From an uncultured bacterium (GTDB lineage Bacteria > Lernaellota > Lernaellaia > Lernaellales > Lernaellaceae): a DNA stretch of 22,740 bases. Location: assembly GCA_964534375.1 (NCBI GenBank), contig CAZHPN010000088.1, positions 1 through 22,740 on the forward strand, written 5' to 3'. Position numbers and translations under genes: made by a program. Each line of letters starts with the position of its first letter. The stretch's first letter is position 1. The notes below the pieces were generated by a model that had not been told where the DNA came from, searched no databases, and saw only the letters and a program-made list of their open reading frames with translations. Below, piece by piece: positions 1 through 8,470 of the stretch.

Positions 1-357
1 CGCGGCTCGATCGTCGCCCTCGGCACGCCCGAGGAACTCAAACGGCGCGTCGGCGGCGACGTGCTCGTTGTCGACGCCGCCGACCGGCCCGCCCTCGCCG
101 CCGCGGTCGCCGCGCGCTACGGCGTCGCCGTGCAGGTCGCCGGCGACGGCGTGCGCTTCGAGGTCGACCACGGCCCGTCGTTCGTGCCGCGGCTGACCGC
201 CGATTTTCCCGAGGTCATCCTCAGCGTCGCCGTCCATCGGCCGACGCTCGACGACGTGTTTCTCAAACTCACCGGCCGCGCGATCCGCGATCAGGAAAAT
301 TCGCCGCTCGACGCCTTCCGCGGACACGTGCGCGCCTTCCGCAACCGCCGCTCGTGA
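1..357 (+). CDS. ABC transporter ATP-binding protein, DrrA-like, C-terminal part (5' truncated by window edge)
   Basis: Frame 1 is open from base 1: RGSIVALGTPEELK...RPTLDDVFLKLTG, the typical C-terminus of DrrA/NodI-type ABC-2 ATPases. It lies directly upstream of an ABC-2 permease. Confidence 0.9.
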   Translation, partial: RGSIVALGTPEELKRRVGGDVLVVDAADRPALAAAVAARYGVAVQVAGDGVRFEVDHGPSFVPRLTADFPEVILSVAVHRPTLDDVFLKLTGRAIRDQENSPLDAFRGHVRAFRNRRS

Positions 358-367
358 ACGGCAGAAA

Positions 368-1216
368 ATGGGAGCCATGACCGCCGAACCCGCCGCCGAC
401 CGCCCCCGACCCCGCGCCGGCCTGCGTTTCCGCGCCGTCGCCAAAGGCGTGTACGCGATCTGGTATCGCGAGACGCGGCGTTTCGTGCGCGACCGCAGCC
501 GCTGGCTGGGTCTCGTGACGCAGCCGCTGCTCTATCTGATGCTGGTCGGTTATGGCATTTCCAGTTCGATGACCTTCCGCCGCCTGCCCGCCGACAGCTC
601 GATCAATTATGTAACCTTCATGTACCCGGGCATCGTCGGCATGTCGGTGCTCTTCACCAGCATTTTCTCGGCGGTGAGCATCATCTGGGATCGCGAATTC
701 GGCTTTCTCAAAGAGGTCCTCGTCGCGCCCCTGCCCCGCTGGGCCGCCGCCGCCGGCAAGGCGCTCGGCATCATGACCATCGTCGCGCTGCAAACCGCCG
801 TGCTGCTGGCCATGTCTCCGCTGGCGCACGTGCCGCTCGGCCTTTGGATGGCGCTGAAGACCCTCGGCGTCGCTTCCCTGGTCGGCTTCGTGCTCGGCGC
901 CTTCGGCATCGCGGTCGCCAGCCGCATGACCTCGTTCGAAAGTTTTCAACTGATTATGAACCTCGTCACGATGCCGATGTTTTTTCTTTCCGGCGCGCTG
1001 TATCCGCTGCGCGGCCTGCCGCCCTGGCTCAATTTCCTGGCGCACGTCGATCCGCTCACCTATGGCGTCGACGCCCTGCGCAACGCCATCTACGCCGACA
1101 ACGAGGCGGCCCGCCTGCTCGTCCAGTATCCGCTGGTCTTCGACATCGGCGTCCTCGCCGCGATCGCCGCCGTCTTCGCCGCGCTGGCAGGGTGGTTGTT
1201 CGAAACGCAGGAATGA
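368..1216 (+). CDS. ABC-2 type exporter permease (DrrB-like)
   Basis: About 6 hydrophobic segments; ABC-2 motifs YAIWYRE..RFVRDR, SIIWDREFGFLKEVLVAP, PMFFLSGALYP, DPLTYGVDALR. Confidence 0.93.
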   Translation: MGAMTAEPAADRPRPRAGLRFRAVAKGVYAIWYRETRRFVRDRSRWLGLVTQPLLYLMLVGYGISSSMTFRRLPADSSINYVTFMYPGIVGMSVLFTSIFSAVSIIWDREFGFLKEVLVAPLPRWAAAAGKALGIMTIVALQTAVLLAMSPLAHVPLGLWMALKTLGVASLVGFVLGAFGIAVASRMTSFESFQLIMNLVTMPMFFLSGALYPLRGLPPWLNFLAHVDPLTYGVDALRNAIYADNEAARLLVQYPLVFDIGVLAAIAAVFAALAGWLFETQE

Positions 1217-1281
1217 AAAGCGACGGTCCCGTCATTTCGCGACCGCGCGCGTTGATGCGCTGCAATGATGACGATTGGCCT

Positions 1282-1376
1282 CTATTCCTACGCCCCTCCG
1301 GGGCTTTCATGGATATCAAGATGGCGTGTTCCCAGGGAAAAATCCCTGGGCTATTGACCTGCGCCCCGCCGGGGCT
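1282..1376. repeat. Three-hairpin REP-like element
   Basis: CGCCCC-tcc-GGGGCT (1291-1305), perfect stem CCCAGGGA-aaaa-TCCCTGGG (1331-1350) and CGCCCC-gcc-GGGGCT (1362-1376). Both outer hairpins are preceded by CTATT. Confidence 0.75.
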
Positions 1377-1541
1377 TGCCATAAACATTATCGAAGCGCA
1401 CGGCCCGCAAGAAAGGGAGTGTCAATTTCCCGGCAGTGTTCACCGTCGTTGGGCTACCGGCCGCGGCGGCGCTCGTCGTCAACGCCATTTCCCCAAACGC
1501 CGAACGCCGCATCGTTTACACGGCGGGGCGGCCGGCGGCCG

Positions 1542-1572
1542 CCGGCACAGGCGGGGGCGCCTGCGCCACACA
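1542..1572 (+). repeat. 31-bp palindromic repeat, copy 1 (copy 2 at 3252-3282)
   Basis: CCGGCACAGGCGGGGGCGCCTGCGCCACACA is 27/31 identical to 3252-3282. Confidence 0.7.
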
Positions 1573-1627
1573 CCGGCAACGGGGCGACCCATCGCGGTTG
1601 CCACTTCACCTACGCTGACGACCGCTC

Positions 1628-1676
1628 GCAACTGGCAACAGGCCACCAGCCACTGACCACTTACCAGCGGCTACTT
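1628..1676. repeat. Degenerate heptamer tandem tract (7 units)
   Basis: gcaactg gcaacag gccacca gccactg accactt accagcg gctactt, 5 nt past the atoE stop. Confidence 0.6.
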
Positions 1677-1681
1677 CCCGC

Positions 1682-3100
1682 TCACTTCAGCGGCGGCACA
1701 AACGGAATCACCAGCGAAAACAGCCAGCACAGCAGAAACACCAGCGGGACGTGAACGACCAATTGCAGCGCCGAATAGCCGGCCAGGTCGCGCGCCTTGA
1801 CGCGCAGGATGCCCAGCAGCGGCAGCATCCAAAACGGGTTGAGCAGATTCGGCAGCGCCTCGGCCGCGTTGTAGATCTGCACGACCCAGCCGAGATTGAC
1901 CTGGTGCTGCACGGCCGCCTGCAGCACGTAGGGCGCCTCGATCACCCATTTACTGCCGCCGGATGGGACGAACACGCCCACTATCGCCGAATAGGCCGCG
2001 ACCAGCAGCGCATAGGTCTGCCGGGTCGTCACCGCGACGAAGAGGTCGGCCAGCCATTTGTTGATGCCCGTGCCGGCGATCATCCCGAAGATGACGGCGT
2101 AAAACGGAAACTGAATCAGCACGCCGCCGGCGGCCGGGACCGCGCCCGTGACCGCTCTGAGAAATCGTTTCGGCCGCCAGTGCAGCAGCATCCCGGCGGT
2201 GATGAAAATCAGGTTGTAGTTCTTCAGATCGAGCGCGGCGAGCGGCCCGTCGGTCCCGTGACGAAAGAGGTCGAAAAGGTAATAAACGAGCAGCGCCGCG
2301 ACGAGAACGATCAGCAGCGGGCTGTACTCCAGCCACTCGCCCGGCTTGCGGCGCGGCTCCAGCGCGGCGTCGAGCGGCTCGAACGTCAGGCCGAAATCCG
2401 CCGCCGTTTTCGCGCGGTCGGGCGTCGGCGCCGAGAAATAGGCGATCGCGACCGAGACGGCCATCAGCGCGGCGGCGACGGCCAGATTCGGCCAGATGAA
2501 CAGCGTCTGCGTCAGCGGGATCAAGCCGCCGATCTCGAACAGTTTCGCCGGAATCGTGTCCTTCGTCGCCATCATCATCGCCGCCGACGACGACAGCCCC
2601 AGCGCCCACACGGCGCCCAGCCCGAGATACCCCGCCGCCCCGGCGGCCCGGTAGTCGAGGCCCTTGATCGTCCGCGCCATTTCGCGAACCAGCAGGCCGC
2701 TGAAGACCAGGCTGAAGCCCCACGACAATAGCGACGTCGCCATCGAGAAAAACGCGACCCAGGCGATGGCGCGGCGCGGATTCGCGGTCAGCCCGGCGGC
2801 GCGGCGAATGAGCCAATGCACCGGCGGCGCGGTGGCCACGACGTAGCCGCCGATGATGACCAGCGCCATTTGCATCGTGAACGGAATCAGCGACCAAAAC
2901 GACTTGCCGCCCTCGATCGCCAGCTTCGCCGGACTTTCGCCGATGAGCACGCCGAAAACGAAGACCACGACGACGCCCAGCAGCGCGAACACCCAGGCGT
3001 CGGGGAACCATTTTTCGCTCCAGGCGGCGATCGCCAGGCCGGCGCGCTCCAGCGGGCGCGCAACTGTCGCGCCAGCGTCTTGGGATGGTTGTTGTTCCAT
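1682..3100 (-). CDS. atoE: Short-chain fatty acid transporter (AtoE family)
   Basis: Polytopic membrane protein with AtoE-like motifs WSEKWFPDAWVFA, FWSLIPFTMQMAL, VFVPSGGSKW and NLLNPFWMLPLLGI..KARDL. ATG at 3100 (MEQQ) preferred to the upstream extension. Confidence 0.88.
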   Translation of the reverse strand: MEQQPSQDAGATVARPLERAGLAIAAWSEKWFPDAWVFALLGVVVVFVFGVLIGESPAKLAIEGGKSFWSLIPFTMQMALVIIGGYVVATAPPVHWLIRRAAGLTANPRRAIAWVAFFSMATSLLSWGFSLVFSGLLVREMARTIKGLDYRAAGAAGYLGLGAVWALGLSSSAAMMMATKDTIPAKLFEIGGLIPLTQTLFIWPNLAVAAALMAVSVAIAYFSAPTPDRAKTAADFGLTFEPLDAALEPRRKPGEWLEYSPLLIVLVAALLVYYLFDLFRHGTDGPLAALDLKNYNLIFITAGMLLHWRPKRFLRAVTGAVPAAGGVLIQFPFYAVIFGMIAGTGINKWLADLFVAVTTRQTYALLVAAYSAIVGVFVPSGGSKWVIEAPYVLQAAVQHQVNLGWVVQIYNAAEALPNLLNPFWMLPLLGILRVKARDLAGYSALQLVVHVPLVFLLCWLFSLVIPFVPPLK

Positions 3101-3224
3101 TCGTTTTTTCCCCGCTCGACGGCCGCGCACGCGGCTCGAGAATCGTTGATCGGCGAATGTCAGGGCAAGTTGCGGGGGCGATCATAACGCGAAATACGGC
3201 GGTGCGTCGATCACCTGGGTTCGC

Positions 3225-3244
3225 GGGCGGTTCGCGAACCGTCC
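3225..3244. repeat. REP-like palindrome GGGCGGTTCGCGAACCGTCC
   Basis: 20-bp loop-less palindrome with a single G.T pair, followed by TTGC. It resembles GTAG-class REPs of the GGGCGGTTCGCGAACCGCCCCTAC type. Confidence 0.65.
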
Positions 3245-3251
3245 TTGCATT

Positions 3252-3282
3252 CCGGCACGAGCCGGGGCGCGTGCGCCACACA
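3252..3282 (+). repeat. 31-bp palindromic repeat, copy 2
   Basis: CCGGCACGAGCCGGGGCGCGTGCGCCACACA, a direct repeat of 1542-1572. Confidence 0.65.
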
Positions 3283-3336
3283 AGGGTTGCCGCGCCAATG
3301 CGCGCGGGTGACATCACTCCGGGTTGCCACGTCGTC

Positions 3337-4380
3337 TTAACTTCTGACTTCTGACTTCTGGCTTCTGACTTCTGCGCCGTTCTCTCCAATCCACTCGTCG
3401 ATCCGGCGCCAATTGTCATACAGCCATTGCACGCGTTCGTCGCGGCCGGCGGGGATTTCGACGAACGGGATCCGCCACAAGCGCACGCGAATGGTCCGCC
3501 CGATCAGCGAACCGTTGAGGAAATCGACCAGCCGCGTCGTCTTTTCGAAGCCGACATGGGCGCAGAAGATCGCGTCGGCGCGCCGGTTCTCCTCGAGCAG
3601 GGCCAGTGCGCCGGTCAACCGCGGCGGCAGCAGATGCCGCAGTTCGCGCGCCTGCCGCCAAAGCGCGGGCTCGATGCGGCCGGCCAGCCGCGCCAGAATC
3701 GCTTCCTGCTTTTTGCGCGTGAAGCGCGTGCCTTCGGGGTAGATCATGACGCCGTCCCGCGCCCCCAGGCCCTGCATCAACTCGCGCAGGCCGGCGATTT
3801 CGGTTTCGTTGTTTTCCGCGCCGCGCCGCACGAAGCAGTTGGGCAGGCGGCGGCCGACAATGTCGAGGCACGGATCCCACAGCAGTTCCCGCTTCATGAC
3901 GTGGCGGATGCGCAGGCCGTACGGCACAACGAACAACGCCGCGGGCAGAATCACATCCGGCAGGCTCGCGTGGCGGCCGAACAGAATGAACGGCGCGCGG
4001 TCGCGCGGCTCGCCGCCGGCGACTTCCAACGTCACGTCGAAGATGCGCAACGCCCCGTAAAACAGTGCGGCGGCCCACCCGCGCTGCAGGCCGTAGTTCC
4101 ACGTTTCAAAGCGCTCGCGCCCGGCGCCGAACCACACGCCGCTGAACAGCCACGCCAGAAACGCCACCAGAATGCCGAGACTTTCGCAGACCAGGTACAG
4201 CGTCAGGAAGCAGAGACAGCGCACGTACGCGTACGAATTGCGGCGCAGCACGTCCAGGACGACAACGATCGCGAGGAGCGGCGGAAACGCCGCGACGGCC
4301 AACGCCGTCAACACGAAATACGCCGGGATCACGGCCGCGCGCCGCGCCCAGTGCTTCGCGTTTTCGGCGAAATCAGTCAA
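3337..4380 (-). CDS. 1-acyl-sn-glycerol-3-phosphate acyltransferase family protein (PlsC-like) with N-terminal membrane segments
   Basis: HX4D motif RHASLPD, block II HVMKRELLWDP, FVRR and block III IYPEGTR. TTG start at 4380 has a GAGGGG RBS. Confidence 0.88.
   Translation of the reverse strand: MTDFAENAKHWARRAAVIPAYFVLTALAVAAFPPLLAIVVVLDVLRRNSYAYVRCLCFLTLYLVCESLGILVAFLAWLFSGVWFGAGRERFETWNYGLQRGWAAALFYGALRIFDVTLEVAGGEPRDRAPFILFGRHASLPDVILPAALFVVPYGLRIRHVMKRELLWDPCLDIVGRRLPNCFVRRGAENNETEIAGLRELMQGLGARDGVMIYPEGTRFTRKKQEAILARLAGRIEPALWRQARELRHLLPPRLTGALALLEENRRADAIFCAHVGFEKTTRLVDFLNGSLIGRTIRVRLWRIPFVEIPAGRDERVQWLYDNWRRIDEWIGENGAEVRSQKSEVRS
3340..3374. repeat. Heptamer tandem repeat (ACTTCTG)x5 inside the last codons of the acyltransferase
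   Basis: acttctg acttctg acttctg gcttctg acttctg; translates as AEVRSQKSEVRS. Confidence 0.9.
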
Positions 4381-4440
4381 TCGCCCCTCGGCGCCGCGAC
4401 GACAGCCGTTCGCGCCCAACTAGCAAGAATTTATGTAAAA

Positions 4441-4468
4441 AGTATAAGACGGCGCCGGGGTTTGGCAA
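4441..4468 (-). promoter_or_regulatory. Putative sigma70 promoter for the acyltransferase
   Basis: Minus strand TTGCCA (4468-4463), 16 nt, TATACT (4446-4441), followed by an AT-rich tract, about 60 nt upstream of the start. Confidence 0.6.
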
Positions 4469-4556
4469 ACCGCGGCGGACGCGGCCCCACGTCTTTCCGT
4501 CTGCCCTCTTCTGGTTCCGGGCTTCGCTGGAGCGCGGCAAGCGGCGCCCCTTCATC

Positions 4557-4598
4557 TGCCTTCCGAATTCTGTCTCCTGACTTCTGACTTCTGACTCC
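4557..4598. repeat. Heptamer tandem tract (6 units, TGACTTC type)
   Basis: tgccttc cgaattc tgtctcc tgacttc tgacttc tgactcc, 7 nt past the phosphoesterase stop. Confidence 0.8.
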
Positions 4599-4605
4599 TT
4601 CCCCC

Positions 4606-5697
4606 TCACGCCACGATCGATTCCGCACCCATGACGCGGGCGATCGCGCCGTTCCGCCACTCCGCCAGGAGCACGGTGCTTACGCCGGTAAAGTCGTCGC
4701 GCACGACCTCGACGAACGTCCGCGGCTTGTGCGCTTCGCACCACGATCCGCAATTGGCGTAGAGAAACGGCTTTCCCGCCTCCGACGTGCGCCGTTCGAG
4801 CGCGGCTTCGTGAGCGTGGCCGAAAACGACGATGTTCGCCGCGCAGTCGGCCGCGACGGTCGGCGCAACGACGTCCAGTTTGTGTTCCGCCTCGAAGGCT
4901 TTTGCGGCCCGCGCCAGGTCCGTCGCCGCCTCCCATTTGCTGAACAGCCCGTGGAACCGCTCGCCGACGGTCTCGATGGTGACCGCCGGCGGCGCGCCGC
5001 AACCGTCGGGCAGGACGATCTGCGCTTCGGGCGGCGCCATCGCGTCGGCCGCCACCAGATCCCAGGCCGTTCGCGCCACCGATATCTTGTGAAAGATGCC
5101 TAGAATGTCGCGAAAGATCGCGCGGCGCGCGACCGGGGAATGCGGCGGGGCTGCGCCGGCCGCCGGCCGTTCGCGCCAGGCCCAGAGGCGCGTCATGAAA
5201 TATCCGAGAGGCAATTCGCCGGCGAGGGGTTGGGACGAATCGGGGGCGTTGAACATGCCATAGACGTGGCCGTGTTCCGCGCGTACGCGGCCCTTTTCGA
5301 ACACGCTGGCGAACGCGATGTTCGGCAGATAGCGGGCGAGGATTTCCGCCGTCATGTCCATATCATGATTGCCGGGCAGATAAATGGTGCGTGCTTCCGG
5401 GTTGGCGGACAACGTCTCCAGCGCCGTCATGACCGTCTTTCCAGCGTGCGACGCGAGCAGTCGATCCATGGTGGGCGGTTTCATTTCGATCGGACAAATC
5501 CACGTGTCGAAGATGTCGCCGAGCAGAACCACTTCGGCGACGTCGGGGTCGGCGTTCACGGCCCGCACGAACGAGGCGAAATCGTGTGCGGCCTCGTCCT
5601 CGTCGAGCACCCACGCGAACTGCCGGCCGCCGGTCGAGTCGTCGGCGATCACGCCCAGGTGCAGATCGCTCGCGAAAATCGATTTGTTGCGCGGCAT
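4606..5697 (-). CDS. Calcineurin-like metallophosphoesterase (LpxH/YbbF-like)
   Basis: All five metallophosphoesterase motifs: SDLHLG, LLGDIFD, PGNHD, EHGH, FGHAH, plus YANCGSW. ATG at 5697 has an AAGGGGG RBS. Confidence 0.88.
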   Translation of the reverse strand: MPRNKSIFASDLHLGVIADDSTGGRQFAWVLDEDEAAHDFASFVRAVNADPDVAEVVLLGDIFDTWICPIEMKPPTMDRLLASHAGKTVMTALETLSANPEARTIYLPGNHDMDMTAEILARYLPNIAFASVFEKGRVRAEHGHVYGMFNAPDSSQPLAGELPLGYFMTRLWAWRERPAAGAAPPHSPVARRAIFRDILGIFHKISVARTAWDLVAADAMAPPEAQIVLPDGCGAPPAVTIETVGERFHGLFSKWEAATDLARAAKAFEAEHKLDVVAPTVAADCAANIVVFGHAHEAALERRTSEAGKPFLYANCGSWCEAHKPRTFVEVVRDDFTGVSTVLLAEWRNGAIARVMGAESIVA

Positions 5698-5782
5698 GTC
5701 AACCCCCTTCAATGATTAGAATCGGCTCATCGTGTCACAACTCCCGGCGCGTTGCACGCACCCGCGGCCGCGGTGAGTGCGA

Positions 5783-5827
5783 ATGGGAATCATGGGCAGC
5801 GTGGGAAACTTGGGAATTATGGGAAGC
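5783..5827. repeat. Nonamer tandem tract (5 units, NTGGGAANN)
   Basis: atgggaatc atgggcagc gtgggaaac ttgggaatt atgggaagc. Confidence 0.8.
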
Positions 5828-5829
5828 CT

Positions 5830-5878
5830 GCCGGCTGCCGATCGCTCACTGTTCACTGCTCACTGATCGCTGCTCGCT
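5830..5878. repeat. Heptamer tandem tract (7 units, GCTCACT type)
   Basis: gccggct gccgatc gctcact gttcact gctcact gatcgct gctcgct, 4 nt past the phoH stop. Confidence 0.75.
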
Positions 5879-5882
5879 GCCC

Positions 5883-7268
5883 TTACAGCACGGTCGCCGC
5901 CAGTTCCGCCAGCGGACTGCGCTCGCCCTTGACGAGCGTGACGTGGCCGGCGAGGGTCTGCCCCTTCATGCGTTCGACGACGTAGGTGAGCCCGTTGGAA
6001 TTGGAGTCGAGATACGGGTTGTCGATCTGGTACGGGTCGCCGGTGAGGACGATCTTGGTGCCCTCGCCGACCCGCGTGATCGTCGTCTTGATTTCGTGCG
6101 GCGTCAGGTTCTGCGCCTCGTCGATCAGCAAGAATACGTTGGGGATCGACCGGCCGCGGATGTACGTGAGCGCTTCGAGTTCGATCCGGCCTTCCTCCAT
6201 ATACTCGTTGAGCCGCGTGTACTGCGCCGCCTTGTCGGTCGGGCTCGCCAGCAGAAACTCCAGGTTGTCGAAGATCGGCTGCATCCACGGGCGCAGCTTT
6301 TCCTCGAGATCGCCGGGCAAAAAGCCCAACTCGCGCCCCAGCGGATAAATCGGCCGGCTGACCAGCAACCGCTGATACACCGGTTCGTTGACGACCTTGT
6401 GCAGCCCGGCCGCCAGCGCCAGCAACGTCTTGCCCGTGCCGGCCATGCCGACCAGCGTCACCAGCCGCACGCGGTCGTCGAGCAGCAGTTCGAGGGCCAT
6501 GCGCTGCTCGCGATTGCGATACGTGATGTTGCAGATCTGATGTTTGAGCTTGCGCAGCAGCTCGAGGCGCGCGGCGCTCGGGTCGAGGCGCGTCAGGGCG
6601 CTGGTCTTCTCGTCGGTTTCGGCGATGAGGTGGACGAATTCGTTCGGATACAGCCGCGGCTGCTCCTCCTCGCCCGGCGCGACCGCGCCCCATTGCGCGG
6701 CGTAGAGCTTCTTGATCGGCTCGGCGTCAATGATGTTTTCCTGATACATCCGATCGATGAGCGCGCCGGGAACCCGCATGTCGAAGCGCCCGGTGTACAG
6801 CTCGTCGATGTTGACCTTGGAATTCTCGAAGTCCTCGACGTCGAGGCCCAGCGCGTGCGCCTTCAGCCGCAGGTTGGTGTCCTTGGTGACCACGATGACG
6901 CGTTCTTCGGCGCCGATTTTTTCCAGTTCGCGTTTGAGATCGAGCGCGCACCAGAGGATGCGGTGGTCGGCGTTGTTTTCCAGCAGCACGCCGTTGACGT
7001 TAACGTCTTTGTGGGAGCCGATGTCGACGCGCACCGTGCCGCCGGATTCGAGTTTCACGCCGGCGATCAGGTTGCCCTTGACGCGCAGTTCGTCGAGGTA
7101 GCGGCTCGTCAGGCGGGCGTTGCGGCCGATTTCGTTGAAGTCCTTCTTGAAGCGGTCGATTTCTTCAATGACCGTGATCGGAATGACGACGATGTTTTCC
7201 TGAAAAAGAAACAGCGCCCGCGGATTGTGCAGGAAGACGTTGGTGTCCAGAACGAAGTGTTTGAGCAT
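5883..7268 (-). CDS. phoH: PIN-domain PhoH family ATPase (PhoH2/YlaK type)
   Basis: N-terminal PIN domain (FVLDTNVFLH, VIEEID, ADHRIL, VTKDTNLRLKA). PhoH domain with GMAGTGKT, LGFLPGD, YIRGRS, IDEAQNLT and TGDPYQID. Confidence 0.95.
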   Translation of the reverse strand: MLKHFVLDTNVFLHNPRALFLFQENIVVIPITVIEEIDRFKKDFNEIGRNARLTSRYLDELRVKGNLIAGVKLESGGTVRVDIGSHKDVNVNGVLLENNADHRILWCALDLKRELEKIGAEERVIVVTKDTNLRLKAHALGLDVEDFENSKVNIDELYTGRFDMRVPGALIDRMYQENIIDAEPIKKLYAAQWGAVAPGEEEQPRLYPNEFVHLIAETDEKTSALTRLDPSAARLELLRKLKHQICNITYRNREQRMALELLLDDRVRLVTLVGMAGTGKTLLALAAGLHKVVNEPVYQRLLVSRPIYPLGRELGFLPGDLEEKLRPWMQPIFDNLEFLLASPTDKAAQYTRLNEYMEEGRIELEALTYIRGRSIPNVFLLIDEAQNLTPHEIKTTITRVGEGTKIVLTGDPYQIDNPYLDSNSNGLTYVVERMKGQTLAGHVTLVKGERSPLAELAATVL

Positions 7269-7280
7269 CCCGACCCCTTT

Positions 7281-8309
7281 CTAGGTTGACAAACCGAGCA
7301 CGCGGCGAAAGTGCGCCAGCGTCCACGTTTTCGCCAGAGCGACCAGGGCGAACGAACTGTAATGCCCGACCGGCAGGCAGCGCCACTCCGGCCGGCCGAA
7401 CGCGTTCCAGGTGTCCGCGGCGGCCTGGATGTTGACGATGCCGTCCGGCCAGCCGTTGATCATCAGCAGCCGCGCCGGCTCGACGCGTTCGGCGTACGTG
7501 AGCGGGTCGACCGCCTGCATGTATGCGCGCTCGAACTGCTGCAACTCGGCGCGGTTCGCGAGGCCGTACCGCTGCGTCATGGCGTTGCGGAACCTGACGA
7601 CGCGCGAGTAATGCGAGGTCTCCAGAATCTTCGGCAGATTGCCCGACGAGACCAGCATGCCGGTCGCCTGGATGCGGCCGTCGGCCTCGGTGACGAGCGC
7701 GGCGATGATGCCGCCGAGGCTGACGCCCATGACCGCGATTTTGTGGGGATCGGCCTCCGGGCGGGTCCGGAGAAAATCCATCGCCCGGCGCACGTCGATC
7801 ACCGCCTGGCGCATCAGATCGACGTTGTATTCAATGCTCTCGCGCGGATTGAAATAGCCGTCGCGGCGGTAGAAGGCCATGGTCGTGAAGCCGTGCTGGG
7901 CGTAGTACTCGGCGAAACTCCGCACCAGCCACATCGGCCCGCCCGTCTGCGGCAGGCAGAGCAGGACCGGCGCCTTGCCGCCCGGCTTCTTTTGCGCGAA
8001 GTAGTAGGCCTTGGCCACGATGCTGTGCAGTTCGGCGAAATCGCGCGTGCGGAACTTGACGATGCTGACCTGGTAATCCGCCCGCTCCTCCACCGGCTCC
8101 CACTCGACGGTGAAGGGCGCGTGCGGGTCGTACGCGAACGCCGCCAGCTCCGGCCGGCCGACGGCCGGCGGCGGCTCGGTCCGGTCGAGAGCGCCCCAGT
8201 AGGGCGTGTGCATGCACGCGACGGCGGAGCAGAGCAGCCAACCGGCGACCGCCGCGCGCCAGCGGAGCATCCGAAACCCGGCCTTCTTGAGGGCGATCGC
8301 GTGGTTCAT
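7281..8309 (-). CDS. Alpha/beta hydrolase (esterase-like), probable lipoprotein
   Basis: Nucleophile elbow GVSLGG, acid in NGWPDG and His in PVGH. Signal peptide ends in SAVAC. The true start may be the ATG at 8270. Confidence 0.85.
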   Translation of the reverse strand: MNHAIALKKAGFRMLRWRAAVAGWLLCSAVACMHTPYWGALDRTEPPPAVGRPELAAFAYDPHAPFTVEWEPVEERADYQVSIVKFRTRDFAELHSIVAKAYYFAQKKPGGKAPVLLCLPQTGGPMWLVRSFAEYYAQHGFTTMAFYRRDGYFNPRESIEYNVDLMRQAVIDVRRAMDFLRTRPEADPHKIAVMGVSLGGIIAALVTEADGRIQATGMLVSSGNLPKILETSHYSRVVRFRNAMTQRYGLANRAELQQFERAYMQAVDPLTYAERVEPARLLMINGWPDGIVNIQAAADTWNAFGRPEWRCLPVGHYSSFALVALAKTWTLAHFRRVLGLST

Positions 8310-8319
8310 GAGTTACGGA

Positions 8320-8348
8320 AAACTATCACGGCCCAGCGTTTGCCGCAA
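8320..8348 (-). promoter_or_regulatory. Putative promoter for the hydrolase-phoH pair
   Basis: Minus strand TTGCGG, 17 nt, TAGTTT, with an extended -10 TG. Confidence 0.4.
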
Positions 8349-8362
8349 CGCGGCGGCGCGGC

Positions 8363-8404
8363 GACAGTCAGAAGTGAGAAGTCAGAACTCGCAAGGCAGA
8401 AGTC
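8363..8404. repeat. Heptamer tandem tract (6 units, AGAAGTC type)
   Basis: gacagtc agaagtg agaagtc agaactc gcaaggc agaagtc. Confidence 0.75.
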
Positions 8405-8414
8405 CGTTGCGGAG

Positions 8415-8447
8415 AGCCCCGGAGGGGCGCTGGTCAATGGCCCGGGG
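8415..8447 (-). repeat. Inverted partial copy of the 1282-1376 element
   Basis: AGCCCCGGAGGGGCGCTGGTCAATGGCCCGGGG is 29/33 identical to the reverse complement of 1344-1376. Confidence 0.8.
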
Positions 8448-8470
8448 TTAGTCCCGATGGACGGTTGGAT

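Noticed and set aside
1436..1618. 60-aa ORF with a GGGAG upstream
   Set aside because: Its 3' half runs through REP-like palindromes and it has no recognisable features; probably not a gene.
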